Part shown: positions 49,000-61,900 of the stretch, one piece after another | Numbering within the stretch: position 1 is the stretch's first letter | How the letters are laid out: each line of letters opens with the position of its first letter | Source: Trichoplax adhaerens | Lineage: Eukaryota; Animalia; Placozoa | Length of the DNA: 64,000 bases | Assembly: GCF_000150275.1 (NCBI RefSeq) | Contig: NW_002060943.1 | Location: forward strand, 7,246,299 to 7,310,298 | Direction: 5' to 3' | Translations under genes and position numbers: made by a program | Notes under the pieces: generated by a model | Told to the model about the DNA's origin: nothing | Seen by the model: the letters and a program-made list of their open reading frames with translations, nothing else | Database searches by the model: none

Positions 49000-51900
49000 A
49001 TGGAGCTCTTGACAAGATCGTTATATTTCCGTGGCTATGCAGCTGTCAATAGGGTAAATGTGAGCACTTCTGATACATTGATTTTCATTTTTGAATAGGT
49101 AATGATTGAAATAGATATAGCTGCAGCTTACTTAAATTTGTAGAGCTTGTCAACAGTACTACAAAAATCGTTCCAATTGCATGAATGATAAATGTATAAA
49201 AGTTACAATGTTTTGCTTACATTCTGCTTTGATAATGAGTTATTGTACATCCGTGATTTATTGATTAACTATTACTTTCTATAGTTCGAAGTATTATTTA
49301 AGAATACTCCACTAAAGTTTTATTCAACATTTCACTATTCAATGATATATCTGGTATTGCATTACATTACATAAGAACTCCTCCGTTATTATTGAATTAG
49401 AAGTTAACATTTAATCTTCTTATTTAACCTACTTTACGAAATCGTTTCAATAGTATACTATTGGACTAATTATATTTGTTGATAATAAATTGCCAATAAT
49501 AAGTACATCAAACTAGTAGAATCATCATTACAATTTTATCGGACTAACAAACGGCTATAAATATTTCACGATGCAGATTCGGTACGAGTCTGATAAGTAG
49601 CACATCTTTATAATATAAACATTAATTAGACAGTTGCTATCGTAGAAAACTATTAAAGACTGCAGTCAAATTAGTTATCAAAGATACAGATATTAGGTCA
49701 TAAATATTCATAATACCTTTTTACTCAATGTTGTATGATGTCAATTTTTCGAATAAGCATTGATTACTATTATAATTTACAAACGTTAAAGGTTTAATTT
49801 CTTTCCAAGCCTTTGACAGTATGACAGTAAATAATTTGCCATTGATTCAAATCTAGGCGTCTCACACGACGACTATAGTTGTTTATTTCAAGAAAAGATT
49901 TTATTTGATTAAATTTCATAAGTTATAGTAAGAAGAATAAACTGCTAGTTTTTCATTGAACCTTGGCAGCTGATGACGTTATGGACTACTTTAATACAGT
50001 TAAACCTTCGTTAACGCAATTACCATTATTTTTAATCCATAAACTAACAGTCACATACCTCCTCTTACTAGCTGCCGGTTAAATGTATTAAATTTATTAA
50101 TTCGTGATTCTAGCACCTAGCCAGCATAATTTATTTTACATTTAATAAATAAATATATTATTATGGTAATAGTTAACATACAGACCCAACCGGCTCTATC
50201 TCAGCTCGATAATTTATTTATTTGGGAATAATATCAGTCTTTTATACGGGTATACCTTTTTAAGATGGCTTTCCCACCTTCCATTAGTGACAGGATTCCA
50301 TATAGCCCTATTTTTTTTATCAATTAATTTACAATAGTTGATTCAGGACTACTGTATTACCAACGTAAAGGATAACGGTAGTTGGAAGACATCGTTATAT
50401 AATGTGTTTGAGACAGTAAAAAGTTTTTAGATTAGTAGCTATAGTTGCAAGAAGTGAGCTAATTCGTCGTTAATTTTAGCCTTTCACTAGTCATAATATT
50501 ATATTAATGTACTTATTTAATCATTGTAGTAGTTCAACAAAACTGTAGGATGGACTATTAATTTTTTGGACCGATTAAAGAAAATGAAAAAAATTAGAAG
50601 GAGCAGATATAACCTTTACCACTTGGCATCGAAGTGTAATTAATTTGCCAAAGTTTTATTAAAATGCACTAGAAAGAGTAGATAATTAATGCCAATATTA
50701 TGTAGAAAGATCCAGTTTCATATGTATGCGTTTGCTACATTGCGATGCTTGATATTTTTAATTTTATAGTTGTCGATCGCATCTCTAAGTCGGATAGTGG
50801 CTTGATTTAAAATTTGAAATTTGCCTTCAGTCCAAGGGGACTAATTTGCTTTCTTATGAGATGCATCGTTTTTATTACGTTATATTCTATAGTAATTTCA
50901 AATATATAATTGTCAAATTGGTTTTTGACAGTAAACAAACTTTCATCTGCGAAATCAGTAAGTAGCAAGTAGCTGTACAATTTGCAATAGCAAAAAAATC
51001 AGACAATTTAATGGGCGCATTCATAGGCGAATTCAATTTAATTAGGAATGGTCTATTCAACTCTTACATTGTTCATATTATAAACGAATTAAAATCCTAG
51101 CTTAAAAATTTTATTGGTTTGATTTATTTACGAAAAGAATTTAAAATCATTCATTCATTCATTATCGATTTGACAAGTGGTAGCCATCGTTTCTTATTGA
51201 CCATCATACATTAGTTGTTTCACAGTTCTACCGGAAGTTCTAGTATCTTATTATGAGCGTAGAGTGCTAGTTTAATTCAATATTGGATCAGTCATCAGAA
51301 TTAACGTTTGATAGGCTTGTTTCTTCATGATTTAACTTATACTATTTTCTTGGACTTAAAAGATCTTTCCAACTATTTCTTCGTCAAGATTACTGGCAAC
51401 TACTAGTACAATAGTTGTTAATGATAGTCCCCTGCAAGTTTTACCATCTATAGATCTTCCTGAACTAATACAACGCAAAGCTATCGATCATATGGTAGGT
51501 TTCCCTTTATTAAAGACAACATAATTATGATAAAAGCCTTAGTTAGTATGCTACAAAGTATAATAGATTCAATGGCTACAGAAACTTTCATAATTTCTTT
51601 GAAACAGCAAAAGAGTGACGAACCTTTTAATATTGTTAACATCGGTGATATAGTCTACAAGATTAAAACGGTAAGCAGATAATAGTAAAACATAGGATAT
51701 GCCAGGCGAAATAAAGATAGCCAAATCTCACATTTTCGATGCGAGACAAAATTTAACATATCTTTGTTAAAATCATAATGTGTAACTGTAAAGACTCCTT
51801 AAATAATACCTCTTTAAATATGATGCAATATCCTGTACTAAAATTCAAACTAGCAATCACTTTAAAGATTGTTACAATAGTCGCATGTTACCATTTAGAG

Positions 51901-54900
51901 TTAATGCTAAGCACTGTGTTTAAGGTTCCTACTATTCTCAACCGGCATAGAAGCTAATAAATAGTACAAGTTGTCAATATTAATGTATAGCTAGCTATCT
52001 ACTGACCTCCATTTCCTTTATTACTTGAAAAACGGGTCTTTTATACTTAGGCTCTCCACAATTGCAATATATAGTATGTCTAAGAATTATTAGGTTGAAT
52101 AGTATCGGATTAGTGATGAGGTAGAATTAAGAAGTGCAACGAAGCCCCAAAATTACTTAACCCTGATTTTAGTAAAAACGTAGATCTTAATACTGATCTA
52201 TTATTTAAGTCACAAAACTTAATCAATAAATAGTTTAGTTTAAGGTGCATACGTATTCCAACAATTACAGTATATGAGAAGTAAAGGAATGTTCATGAGC
52301 GAGAACTTCCGATGGTAGACAGAAATTCAAGATTTAGTTACGCGATCTAATTGTATTGTCACTAAACAGTATGAACCGCAGAATTTTGATGATAAAGATA
52401 ACATGATAGAAGATAAAAAATTTATTAGTATTTCTTGAAAATAATAATATAAAGTTACTTCTTACGCCGATATAAATATAAATTTATTGTTCTGGGCCAT
52501 AAATTACGCAGTGGTTTTCCCTTCTGCCTCGTGTACATTCTTATTTCGGTATGTTCATAGTTTAAAATTGAATCTATTTTGATAAAATTTGCTTTTAAAA
52601 CTAGTATGCAAATTATACATACCTCTAAAAGAGCATGTCGAATATGCTAATTTTATAACCAGCCCTAAAGTGTAACGTGGATAGAGGACTTTTAGCCACA
52701 TTACTGGCTTTTGGATTTGGGTTTGAAGGTGTTAGTAAGGTAGGCATAAATTAAAATTTTGAATGATTTCAGTGTGGATAGTTGAATAAAATTGTTAATT
52801 GTAATGTGTTATAACAATCATTATAACAATTTCAAGAACGGATTAATTAAATATATCATCTTATTAAGGATGAAATTGATACAGTTTTGAAAATGGGGGC
52901 GGCACCTGAAAAAATTATTTTTGCGAATCCGTGCAAGCCAATTTCTCATATAAAGTATGTTTTAATAAAATATCATCTTGCAAAGACTTGATCAGTAAGC
53001 AGGACAAAGTGGACAGATGTCCAATATGTATGTACGCTGCACTCGGTACCTACCATTTTATTTGCTGGATTACTAATTCTTGTGCTTGTTAATAGCAAAT
53101 CCTGTGACTTTTCATAAATGTGAGTTTATGAAAGGCGAATGCGGCTGGAAACAATTACGAGCTGTTGACTTTACCGACTGGGAACGTGGTAAGTATATCA
53201 GTTTTATTACTCTACAATTTTTAATTTGCAGCTATGTCGTTGCCAAAATTTTAATCGAAAATTTTGTCCAATAAATCAAATTAAATACTCTAATCAGGAT
53301 TGCAAGAATAGCGCAAATTCCAGTTTACTATTGGGAATTTAGCTATAACTTCAATATCATAACCTGATTTCTTGTTCAATGCATATTTTCGTCTACTTTT
53401 AAAAGATGCTAAAATAGGAATGGTTCTCAATTCCAAATATGAGAACATTAATGGCCAATATGCGAATATGATTAGTCCCCCGATGGTGAAATCTCATGAA
53501 GCAAAATCAATTAGGGTATTCAGACATTAATGTAACGGACATTTCCTCTTAGTTGTTACCGAAATTCGAAATTGAATTACATAAAGCTGGGTAGACAATT
53601 ACCAGAAAACTTTAATCCATTCTATTTAGCGATCACCAGCATTAGAGATAGATATTTCGTACGATGTAATCAAATAATGTGATAGTCAATAACAAATCGA
53701 TAGACGAAGTAACATAAGCTTCATGCTTTCCATCATCAGGTGCAAATCTCATTTGGATACAATGGTTCATACACCGGAAATTTATACGTTATGGTCATGT
53801 ATCCGAAGTACAGTGATAAATTAAAAGTAATCGATACAATCAACCCACAGTCGGCTTTACTTGGACCACTTACTATTACACGTTATCAAATATTCTTTTC
53901 TCCTCTATATACTGATTATCAGGTATATCTTAATATTTTATTTTGGATATTTATGATATTGCAATATGATGTCAAAATTGCTTGATAGTAATTATTTACA
54001 TGGTTATACCTTGCGAGTAAGCACCTTAAATTCTAATTGTTTCAATCAAAGTATAATGACTAAAATCACAATCAGTTATGCAATATATTAATGTAATGAA
54101 ATGAAATATGTAGAGATCAAGCTACAAAACTTTAACAAACTTTCATTCTACTTTCGTAGCACTCCGGTCGACTTAACGCTAATACTTTGACACCAAATAA
54201 AATTTGGAGAAATAACCGAACAACAATTTATTTCAAAACAAAAATGGAGAGAAGTATAAACCGAACAACCGCACAAATACTTAGCTTTAAGTATTATTAA
54301 AATAAATGACAGACTTAAAAACTGTCAACGACCAAACAACCTTTCAAAAACAAGAACGTTTTAACTTACGACAATTCGACCCCGAAGGCCTTTTAAATTC
54401 AACAAGTTCTTCAAATAAAATCTTCTCCTACTCTCTCTCTAAATTTTCTAATTGCACTATCATTTATAGGCTCCGTAGAGCCGTCAGAGGTATTAAAACT
54501 AAACATTTGCTAACCAATCGCTCTAAGATCCGTTNNNNNNNNNNNNNNNNNNNNNNNNNNNNNNNNNNNNNNNNNNNNNNNNNNGAAATAATTTCAATGT
54601 TGGATATCGGTGTGGATTTCCCGGCCAAGCAAATTCACTTTTTGAGAAAGTATGAGAATCTAGATTAACGAACATAACTGAATAAAATAAGGAACATTAA
54701 AAATATTCCATTCTTCTAATGCTTATTTTAGGTATGTAGCAATATTAGCGGCGCTTTAGATAAAGACTTTCCAATAAAAGATAATATACACATTTTGGCA
54801 GAGCCTGGTGAGATTTACTTTTATAAAAATTGTTTTAATCTCGACATGATCTCATCTGGCAATCAATTTCCATCATAAATACAGGATCTAAGAATGACAG

Positions 54901-56023
54901 TCAATTAACAATCTTAGATGTTATTAATTTCCTTTAATAGATCGCTACTTTGCCGAAACAGCCTTTACGTTAGTTGTTTGCGTAATTGGCAAACGTAAAA
55001 TTTATGGGATTGATCAGAAGATTTCAGCTCATAGTAAGATTCAAAGGAATTATTTAGCCTCGTGTAATCATGTTTGCTAATGTTCGATAATTTTGGTGTA
55101 CGATAGTTTATGAGTCATTACAATTCAATTGATAGATAATGATAAAAAGTGCTGGGATCTATTATAGAGAAATCTAGAAATGAGGTCTGTAATAAGGTAT
55201 ATCAGTAATTTTTAAGTCTAGAATTAACTCTTAAGTGCTGCAATAAGGCCTTGCTTTCAAATTTTGTAAAGGAAATTTTTAATTACTACGTTAATGACGG
55301 ACGTTATGGATCCTTTTCTGAATTTTTAATGAGCTATGGATGTCGATATCCAAAAGTTAACGGAAAAAAATCTAAAAAATTATATTCAACTTGTCTTTGG
55401 GGACCCACTGTTAGCGGGTCGGATTGCATATTTCATGAATGCTACCTTCCTGAAGTAAGAACATGTTGCAATATTGCAATTGTGACATACTGAGTGAAAG
55501 TTGATAATATTTTAGATTTTACCACTATTGCAAGCTCAAATAATAGCATATAATCAGTCACAAAAACTTTGCGTATCATCTTTAGCTGAATGTTGGTAAC
55601 AATTATGTAATTTTTCTATCGTAATGTACTTTAGCTAGAAGTAGGAGATCTAATTTACTTTGAAGGTAAGAAAATTTATAATCATATCAGGAAAGAGACT
55701 GCGCTATAAAAGATATTTTATGGACGATCTTGATAGAAATGGGAGCCTATACGTCAGTTCTAGCTACCAATTTTAATGGATTTACCAGACCTGTTTCATA
55801 CTACGTCATTGATCAAAGGATGTGGTAAGACTAGTATTTTTCCAAGATTATTAAGGCTTTATAATTACTTGGATTTATAACTTATGTAAACCTAGCTTGT
55901 ACTTGAAACTTTTACAGGAACATGGCAAAGGATAAATTGTTGGCAAAATTCAAGGTTGCTCATGAATACTCACCGAAAATAGACACATTTAATCAAATTG
56001 AATATGAAAGTAAGTTTAACTAA
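49000..56023 (+). CDS. Ornithine decarboxylase-like / antizyme-inhibitor-like protein; central exons missing at the gap
   Basis: Exons 49000-49053 (tentative), 51363-51494, 51608-51670 (EPFNIVNIGDIV), 52512-52548 (WFSLLPRV), 52663-52739 (ALKCN..GFEGVSK), 52869-52954 (IIFANPCK), gap, ~54585 (LDIG[G]GFPG), ILAEP|DRYF, YYVNDGRYGSF, LWGPTVSGSD, MGAYT..NFNGF. Confidence 0.85.
53096..53922 (+). other. Three-exon MAM-domain gene fragment nested inside the ODC-like gene
   Basis: Exons 53096-53188 (CEFMKGECGWKQ...DFTDWER), 53406-53515 (GQYANMISP) and 53740-53922 (ISFGY...GNLYVMV) splice in frame and follow MAM motif order; no 3' MAM strands or stop are visible. Confidence 0.75.
54092..54534 (+). mobile_element. 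Dispersed repeat copy B, truncated by assembly gap
   Basis: Near-identical to the reverse complement of ~32866-33309; begins tgtaatgaaatgaaat. Confidence 0.88.
54535..54584. other. Assembly gap (50 N)
   Basis: Run of N. Confidence 1.
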
Positions 56024-57217
56024 AAAGGAATTACTGCTTAAGTGTATTATTAGTCAATTCATCAATTACAAAGTAAATGCCATAAGCAATGAATGTTTAA
56101 TTCTATGCGTTGCGTTTCATTAAATCTTAAGCATGACTAAGTTATAGTACGATCACAAGGCTAATTTGTAATAGTTGCTCTAATGATACCTGATATTTTT
56201 TACTGTATCGTAAAAAATAAGTAAGTATAATTATAAGGAAAATGAGATGGGTATATAATATTTAATAGTAACCTGTAATCGTTCTGCAGCTCTTGATATG
56301 GATATGTAAGATTTTACTATGTGAAATAACATAGCTAGTGAAGTTCGCGTATCATGATGGCTTGTTGTGTTAATAGTGGAAGCATGTAAGCTTATATCGA
56401 CGAATAAAAAAATAACTTTAGCAAGCTGCTCTAAGCATCCATTCAAATTTATCAACTACGTCATTATAATTTCTTGTTTCTGTCGCATAAAATTTTTGCT
56501 ATTATTTATAGTTACGCTCATTGCATTGAATATTTTAATTGTGATTGGTTTAATTAGCTTAGACTGCACCATTAATAGATGATAGTACGTACGGCTTTGA
56601 AAAGTAGTACTTAATAAATCTGATTTATTTTTACCTTATCACCAATAAGTTAGCAAAGTGTACTTTCTAAAGTGCTTTTTCGTCTTTTATATACTATTTA
56701 ATTTTCTTAATATAGGACGGCTACTATTTATCTTATTGGTAAGTATAAGGATAGAATTAGAGTGTGGATAGTAGCTACCAGCATGAAAATGTAACACAAT
56801 CTTGTCATGGTCTTTTACTAATAACTTATCAACTAAGATTGCGATTATGTATCAGATATGACAAGCTAAAGTAGAATAATGGAAAATGTACAATCATGGA
56901 TGGTGGTATGCAAACTTTCTAGTGAGAAATTATGTCGAGCTTGGCTTTATCACTAATTATACTATTCGTTAGTTCTAAAGAATTGCTAATTTTCTGTTTA
57001 TTGCACCAGTCACAAATGTAAAAATATAGCTAGAGTTACATTATCGAAATAAATACCTTTACATCGTTAAAATAGAAATTTCGATTCTTTGAAGTAGTAG
57101 AATATTCGCTTTAGCTTCATACCTAGGAATGTAGGTATACGAATTTTTAGGATTTGACCACTGGATTCATGAAAAGCCAAATAATACAATCAGCTGATTA
57201 TTTATAAATAGATCTAC

Positions 57218-57903
57218 TGAAATGAAATATGTAGAAATCAAGTTACGAAACTTCTAATATATTTTGATTCTACTTTATTTGTACTCTGGTCGACTTAATG
57301 CAACTTTGACACAAAATGAAAATTGGTGAATAGCCAATCAACCATTTATTTAGAAAAAGTGAGACAGTCAGATTAAATAACCTTCTAAATACTTAATTCT
57401 AAGTGTTATAAGTGAAGAAATAAAAAAAAGCGACAGAACTGAAACTGGTAACGACCAGACGACCTAAAAAAGAAGAGCATTTTCACTTACAACTATTCGA
57501 CCCCGAAGGCCTTTAAAATTCAACAAGGTCTTCAAAAGAATCTTCTTATACTCTCTATTCTAAATTTTCTGATTTAATGGCACTGCATTTGTAACGAATC
57601 AATTTTTAGAACCTCTTTATCATTTATAGGCTTCGCAGAGCCGTCAGTATTTAAAACTGAACATTTATTAACCAATCGCTCTTAAGATTCACTTTAGAAA
57701 ACTACTTTGCACCACTTGAGAAAGCAAAAATTGTTTTAAGTTCAGTTATATTTTACCACATGATTCCCTCACAAACGCTATAAAACCAATAATCTTACTA
57801 CAAAATACATCAAGCTTCACTTCTAATGTAATTCATTAGATTAAAAGCTTATTAAAGTCATTTTAGTCTGTCAAACGAAAAATAGCAACTACTCAACAGC
57901 AAC
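57218..57903 (+). mobile_element. Dispersed repeat copy C, diverged, running into the second gap
   Basis: tgaaatgaaatatgtaga.atcaag, ggtcgactta, attcgaccccgaaggcc, aaccaatcgctcttaagat and aaaactactttgcacca are colinear with copies A and B. Confidence 0.85.
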
Positions 57904-58387
57904 NNNNNNNNNNNNNNNNNNNNNNNNNNNNNNNNNNNNNNNNNNNNNNNNNNNNNNNNNNNNNNNNNNNNNNNNNNNNNNNNNNNNNNNNNNNNNNNNN
58001 NNNNNNNNNNNNNNNNNNNNNNNNNNNNNNNNNNNNNNNNNNNNNNNNNNNNNNNNNNNNNNNNNNNNNNNNNNNNNNNNNNNNNNNNNNNNNNNNNNNN
58101 NNNNNNNNNNNNNNNNNNNNNNNNNNNNNNNNNNNNNNNNNNNNNNNNNNNNNNNNNNNNNNNNNNNNNNNNNNNNNNNNNNNNNNNNNNNNNNNNNNNN
58201 NNNNNNNNNNNNNNNNNNNNNNNNNNNNNNNNNNNNNNNNNNNNNNNNNNNNNNNNNNNNNNNNNNNNNNNNNNNNNNNNNNNNNNNNNNNNNNNNNNNN
58301 NNNNNNNNNNNNNNNNNNNNNNNNNNNNNNNNNNNNNNNNNNNNNNNNNNNNNNNNNNNNNNNNNNNNNNNNNNNNNNNNNNNNNNN
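57904..58387. other. Assembly gap (~484 N)
   Basis: Run of N. Confidence 1.
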
Positions 58388-58929
58388 ACTTATAGACAAT
58401 TGCAAAGGGCGTAATTAGTGAAAGTTAAATGTTGAAAGAACGATTACTTGGCAATCTTATTTATACTGAAGCGATGAAGATGAAACTCTTGACTTGATGA
58501 CGTGGTTGTACAACTGGGAGCAGTTGCATTTATTCAAACCAGTTGAACTAATGAATGTCAACACCAATATCTACCAATTCATTATTATATTGTAGCTATA
58601 TCGTAACGTCAAAGTTACCAAGGTGGTTGATACCTTATAGTATATAGGGAATTCTCTCTTTACTTTCACAGACTTCTTTTCCTTAAACAGTCCCCGATTA
58701 CACAGCTTAATTGACTAGGGCATCAGCTTTGCAAGAATAGTACTGTAGATATGGTGTATGATTTTACTCACACACAAGTTACTGTATCTACTACAAAAGT
58801 AACTTATTACTTTAATCAGATATACTGTACGTGTGTGTAAAACTCAAGTACTACTGTGATGCACTATCTAATTTTATTTTCAAGTATTGCAGTAAAACGG
58901 AAGATTGATCCATGTAGGTACCTGCTACA

Positions 58930-61900
58930 ATCAATGCACAACATACTTTGTGTTGACTTGTCTCTAAAACGAAGCCAATGATGTGTCTTCTGAAGTATCC
59001 AATAAAAAACTGTCGATGGTACAATATCAGAAAAGGAATATTGGTTAATGAGTGGTTCTACTGTCGGAGGAAACGACTCCTCTATTCTAATTTTTATACT
59101 CGTACGTTAAAAAAAACATGTGAGATAAGTTACAGCATTCCATAGTACAATTTACGTCTTGACTGCATCGTTACAACTTGAACGAAATATCATTTTGTAT
59201 TGGACACGTTGGTTTCTGTTCCAATATCATGTAATTTATATAATCAATCTAGCAAGAAAAGCAATTATATGCAATTGCTGACAACTAAGTACAACAAACT
59301 ATGATTATGGAATGTAGCAGTTCTATCATTTTATTTTAATTCAAAACGGTAAATTGCATAAATGCAGTACACTAGTGGTGCTATTACAAATTCATATGCT
59401 GTATCCAGTATAAAATACATACGATTGAAATCAATTAGCCTAACAAAAACTTAGCATGATAACTTAATCGAAGATTGAAGTAAACTATGACAGAGTTTTA
59501 ACCATTGAGGATTAAGGGTCAGTAGAGCTTCTCCTGTACAAGACATCACGTGATGGATCTGGATAAATGAGATCAGTGTTGTATCCTGTCTGTCCTCGTG
59601 CGCATATACAGGGTGTATACTAATATTGAGTGGAAAATAGAGCAGCAGAGTGGATGTTTCTTGTCATCATAGTCAAATTCAAGCAGTCAATATACAGCAG
59701 ATTTTGTATTGATTTGTGTCTAAAACGAAGCAAATGATCTGTCTTTCGAGGTATCCAATGAATTTATGAGCGTAAGCTAGGTCTGTTTCATCCTACAATT
59801 TGAAAAATAAAGATTGTACGAGTAGAGTGTAAAGAGAAACAGGTGAGAAACTAAGTATCCATTAAATTTATGAACGTAAACTAGATCTGTTTAATCCTAC
59901 AATTGATTAAAAGAAACAGATTGATTTATATGTAGAAAGAAACGGGTAAGAACATAAGCATCCAACGAATTGATGATTGTGCAAATACATCACTATCCAA
60001 CACAATCATATCCATGGTACAATATCAGAAAAGGAATATTGGTTAATGAAAAAACAAAACATGTGAATTTACAGCATTCCATAGCACAATTTCCATCTTG
60101 ACTACATCATTACGATCTTGAACAAAATATCATTTTGTACTGGATCTTAATATTGATAAGAATATTGTCGATGGTACAGTATTCAGAGAAGGAACATTGG
60201 CTAGTGAGTGGTTCTATTGTAGGAGAAAACGACTCCTCTATTTTAATTTCTTATCTGCGTACGTTAAACAAATAAATAAAGTAAGACGAGTACGTTAAAA
60301 CAAAACATGTGAAGTAAGTTTCTGCATTCCATAGCACAATTTCCATCTTGATTACTACATCATTACAATCTTGAACAAAATAGCATTTTGTATTGGATAC
60401 GTTGGTTTCAGTTCAAGTATCATGTAATTTATAATTAATCTAGCAAGGAAACCAAGTGTATGCGATTGCTGACAATTAAATACAACAAAGCATGTTCACG
60501 GAATGTAGCAATGCTATCCTTTATTGGATTTGAGAATGGTAAAGTGCAAAAATGCGGTTCACTTTACAAGTCGTCAGGTTATCGATGTGGATAAATGAGA
60601 TCAGCGCTCTATCATGCCTATACGCTGATATGAAATGTATGCGTAAGTTTGAGTCCAAAATAAGGCAATAGTTGACTTTGTTGATAGGTAATAATGCCTG
60701 CGATCAACGCAAGACCATTTGTAAATGGATGACTGAGGAAGAAAATGGCAGAGGATACATCCGTTGCCTCTCCAACCGAATGAACGGATTAAGACTAAGT
60801 AGCAACTACTCTCTCTGCAAACTTTGCAGTCAACATCGTTCAGATACTCGTATCGGAATATTGGATAACAATTATAACAGGCAGGCTATCAACAAAGTAA
60901 CTAGGTCCATTTGTTACCTTCTATACTGTCTGCTGGTATCTATAGTAGGCAAAAACGAGTACTTTACGCCTTTCAATTTTACTTGAAGTAAAACATTGAA
61001 GAAAACCCACCCAGCTACTAAAGCAGTGACCATGGTAACCACTGCCAATGCGCAATATTGCACACCATCGTCTCCAACGCAATGCAATCTTGTCACTGTG
61101 TCACGCTTCCAAAAGTTCCTATGCAATGGAAGAGAACGTGTTGCTAAGTGAAGGGCGTTATGCGAAGAGGCGGTGTGCATGGATCATCTACGGATCGGAA
61201 GAAATATCTCAATTTCATTGGTTACTTCTTTCCTTTCACTTAATTTTATTGGTTACTTCTTTCCATTCACACAATGGAAAGAAGTAACCAATGAAATTGA
61301 GATATTCCTTCCGATCCGTAGAAACGGACCGCCTCTTCGCATTACTAAGTTGCTTTCGAGCAGTATGATATACTGTACGCTTGCATTGATAGAGTCGAAT
61401 CAGCGGAAAAATGGATCGCCTCACCCTTATTTAGTACTGAAAGTGATTTACCGACTCGCTACGCGCCAGTAGTCGCTGGGCGCCAAAACAACCACTGCAA
61501 GCGTTATTAGCGTGGAGTGTAGCATAACGTATTGCACACCACTTTGAATGACCTACTGTAGACTACTGATAGCATCTGTACAGAAGAACATTGGCAACAT
61601 TCTTCTCAGTTGGCGGGCCTTGCTGGAGTTTTCTTCATCCCTTTTCTCAATCTCATCTTTCATCAACGATCTGCTACGATTGGAGGATTGTGTACGCTCC
61701 AAGCACCATTATCGTATTCTCTATTTCAACTAGGAACATCAGCACCGATATCCACTTACCATCAACTCCAATTAACCTGGTAAGTGGAGATGATCGTCAT
61801 AACGGATCATGTACCTACGAAAACCAATTGTTGTATTATTGACTCTTGCAAGGTTGGATTCAAAATAGTGAAAGAGTGCTGTTGCATTGACTAGGTTTCA

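Noticed and set aside
52695-52739. ATLLAFGFGFEG as signal peptide of the MAM fragment
   Set aside because: It belongs to the ODC exon ALKCN...GFEGVSK
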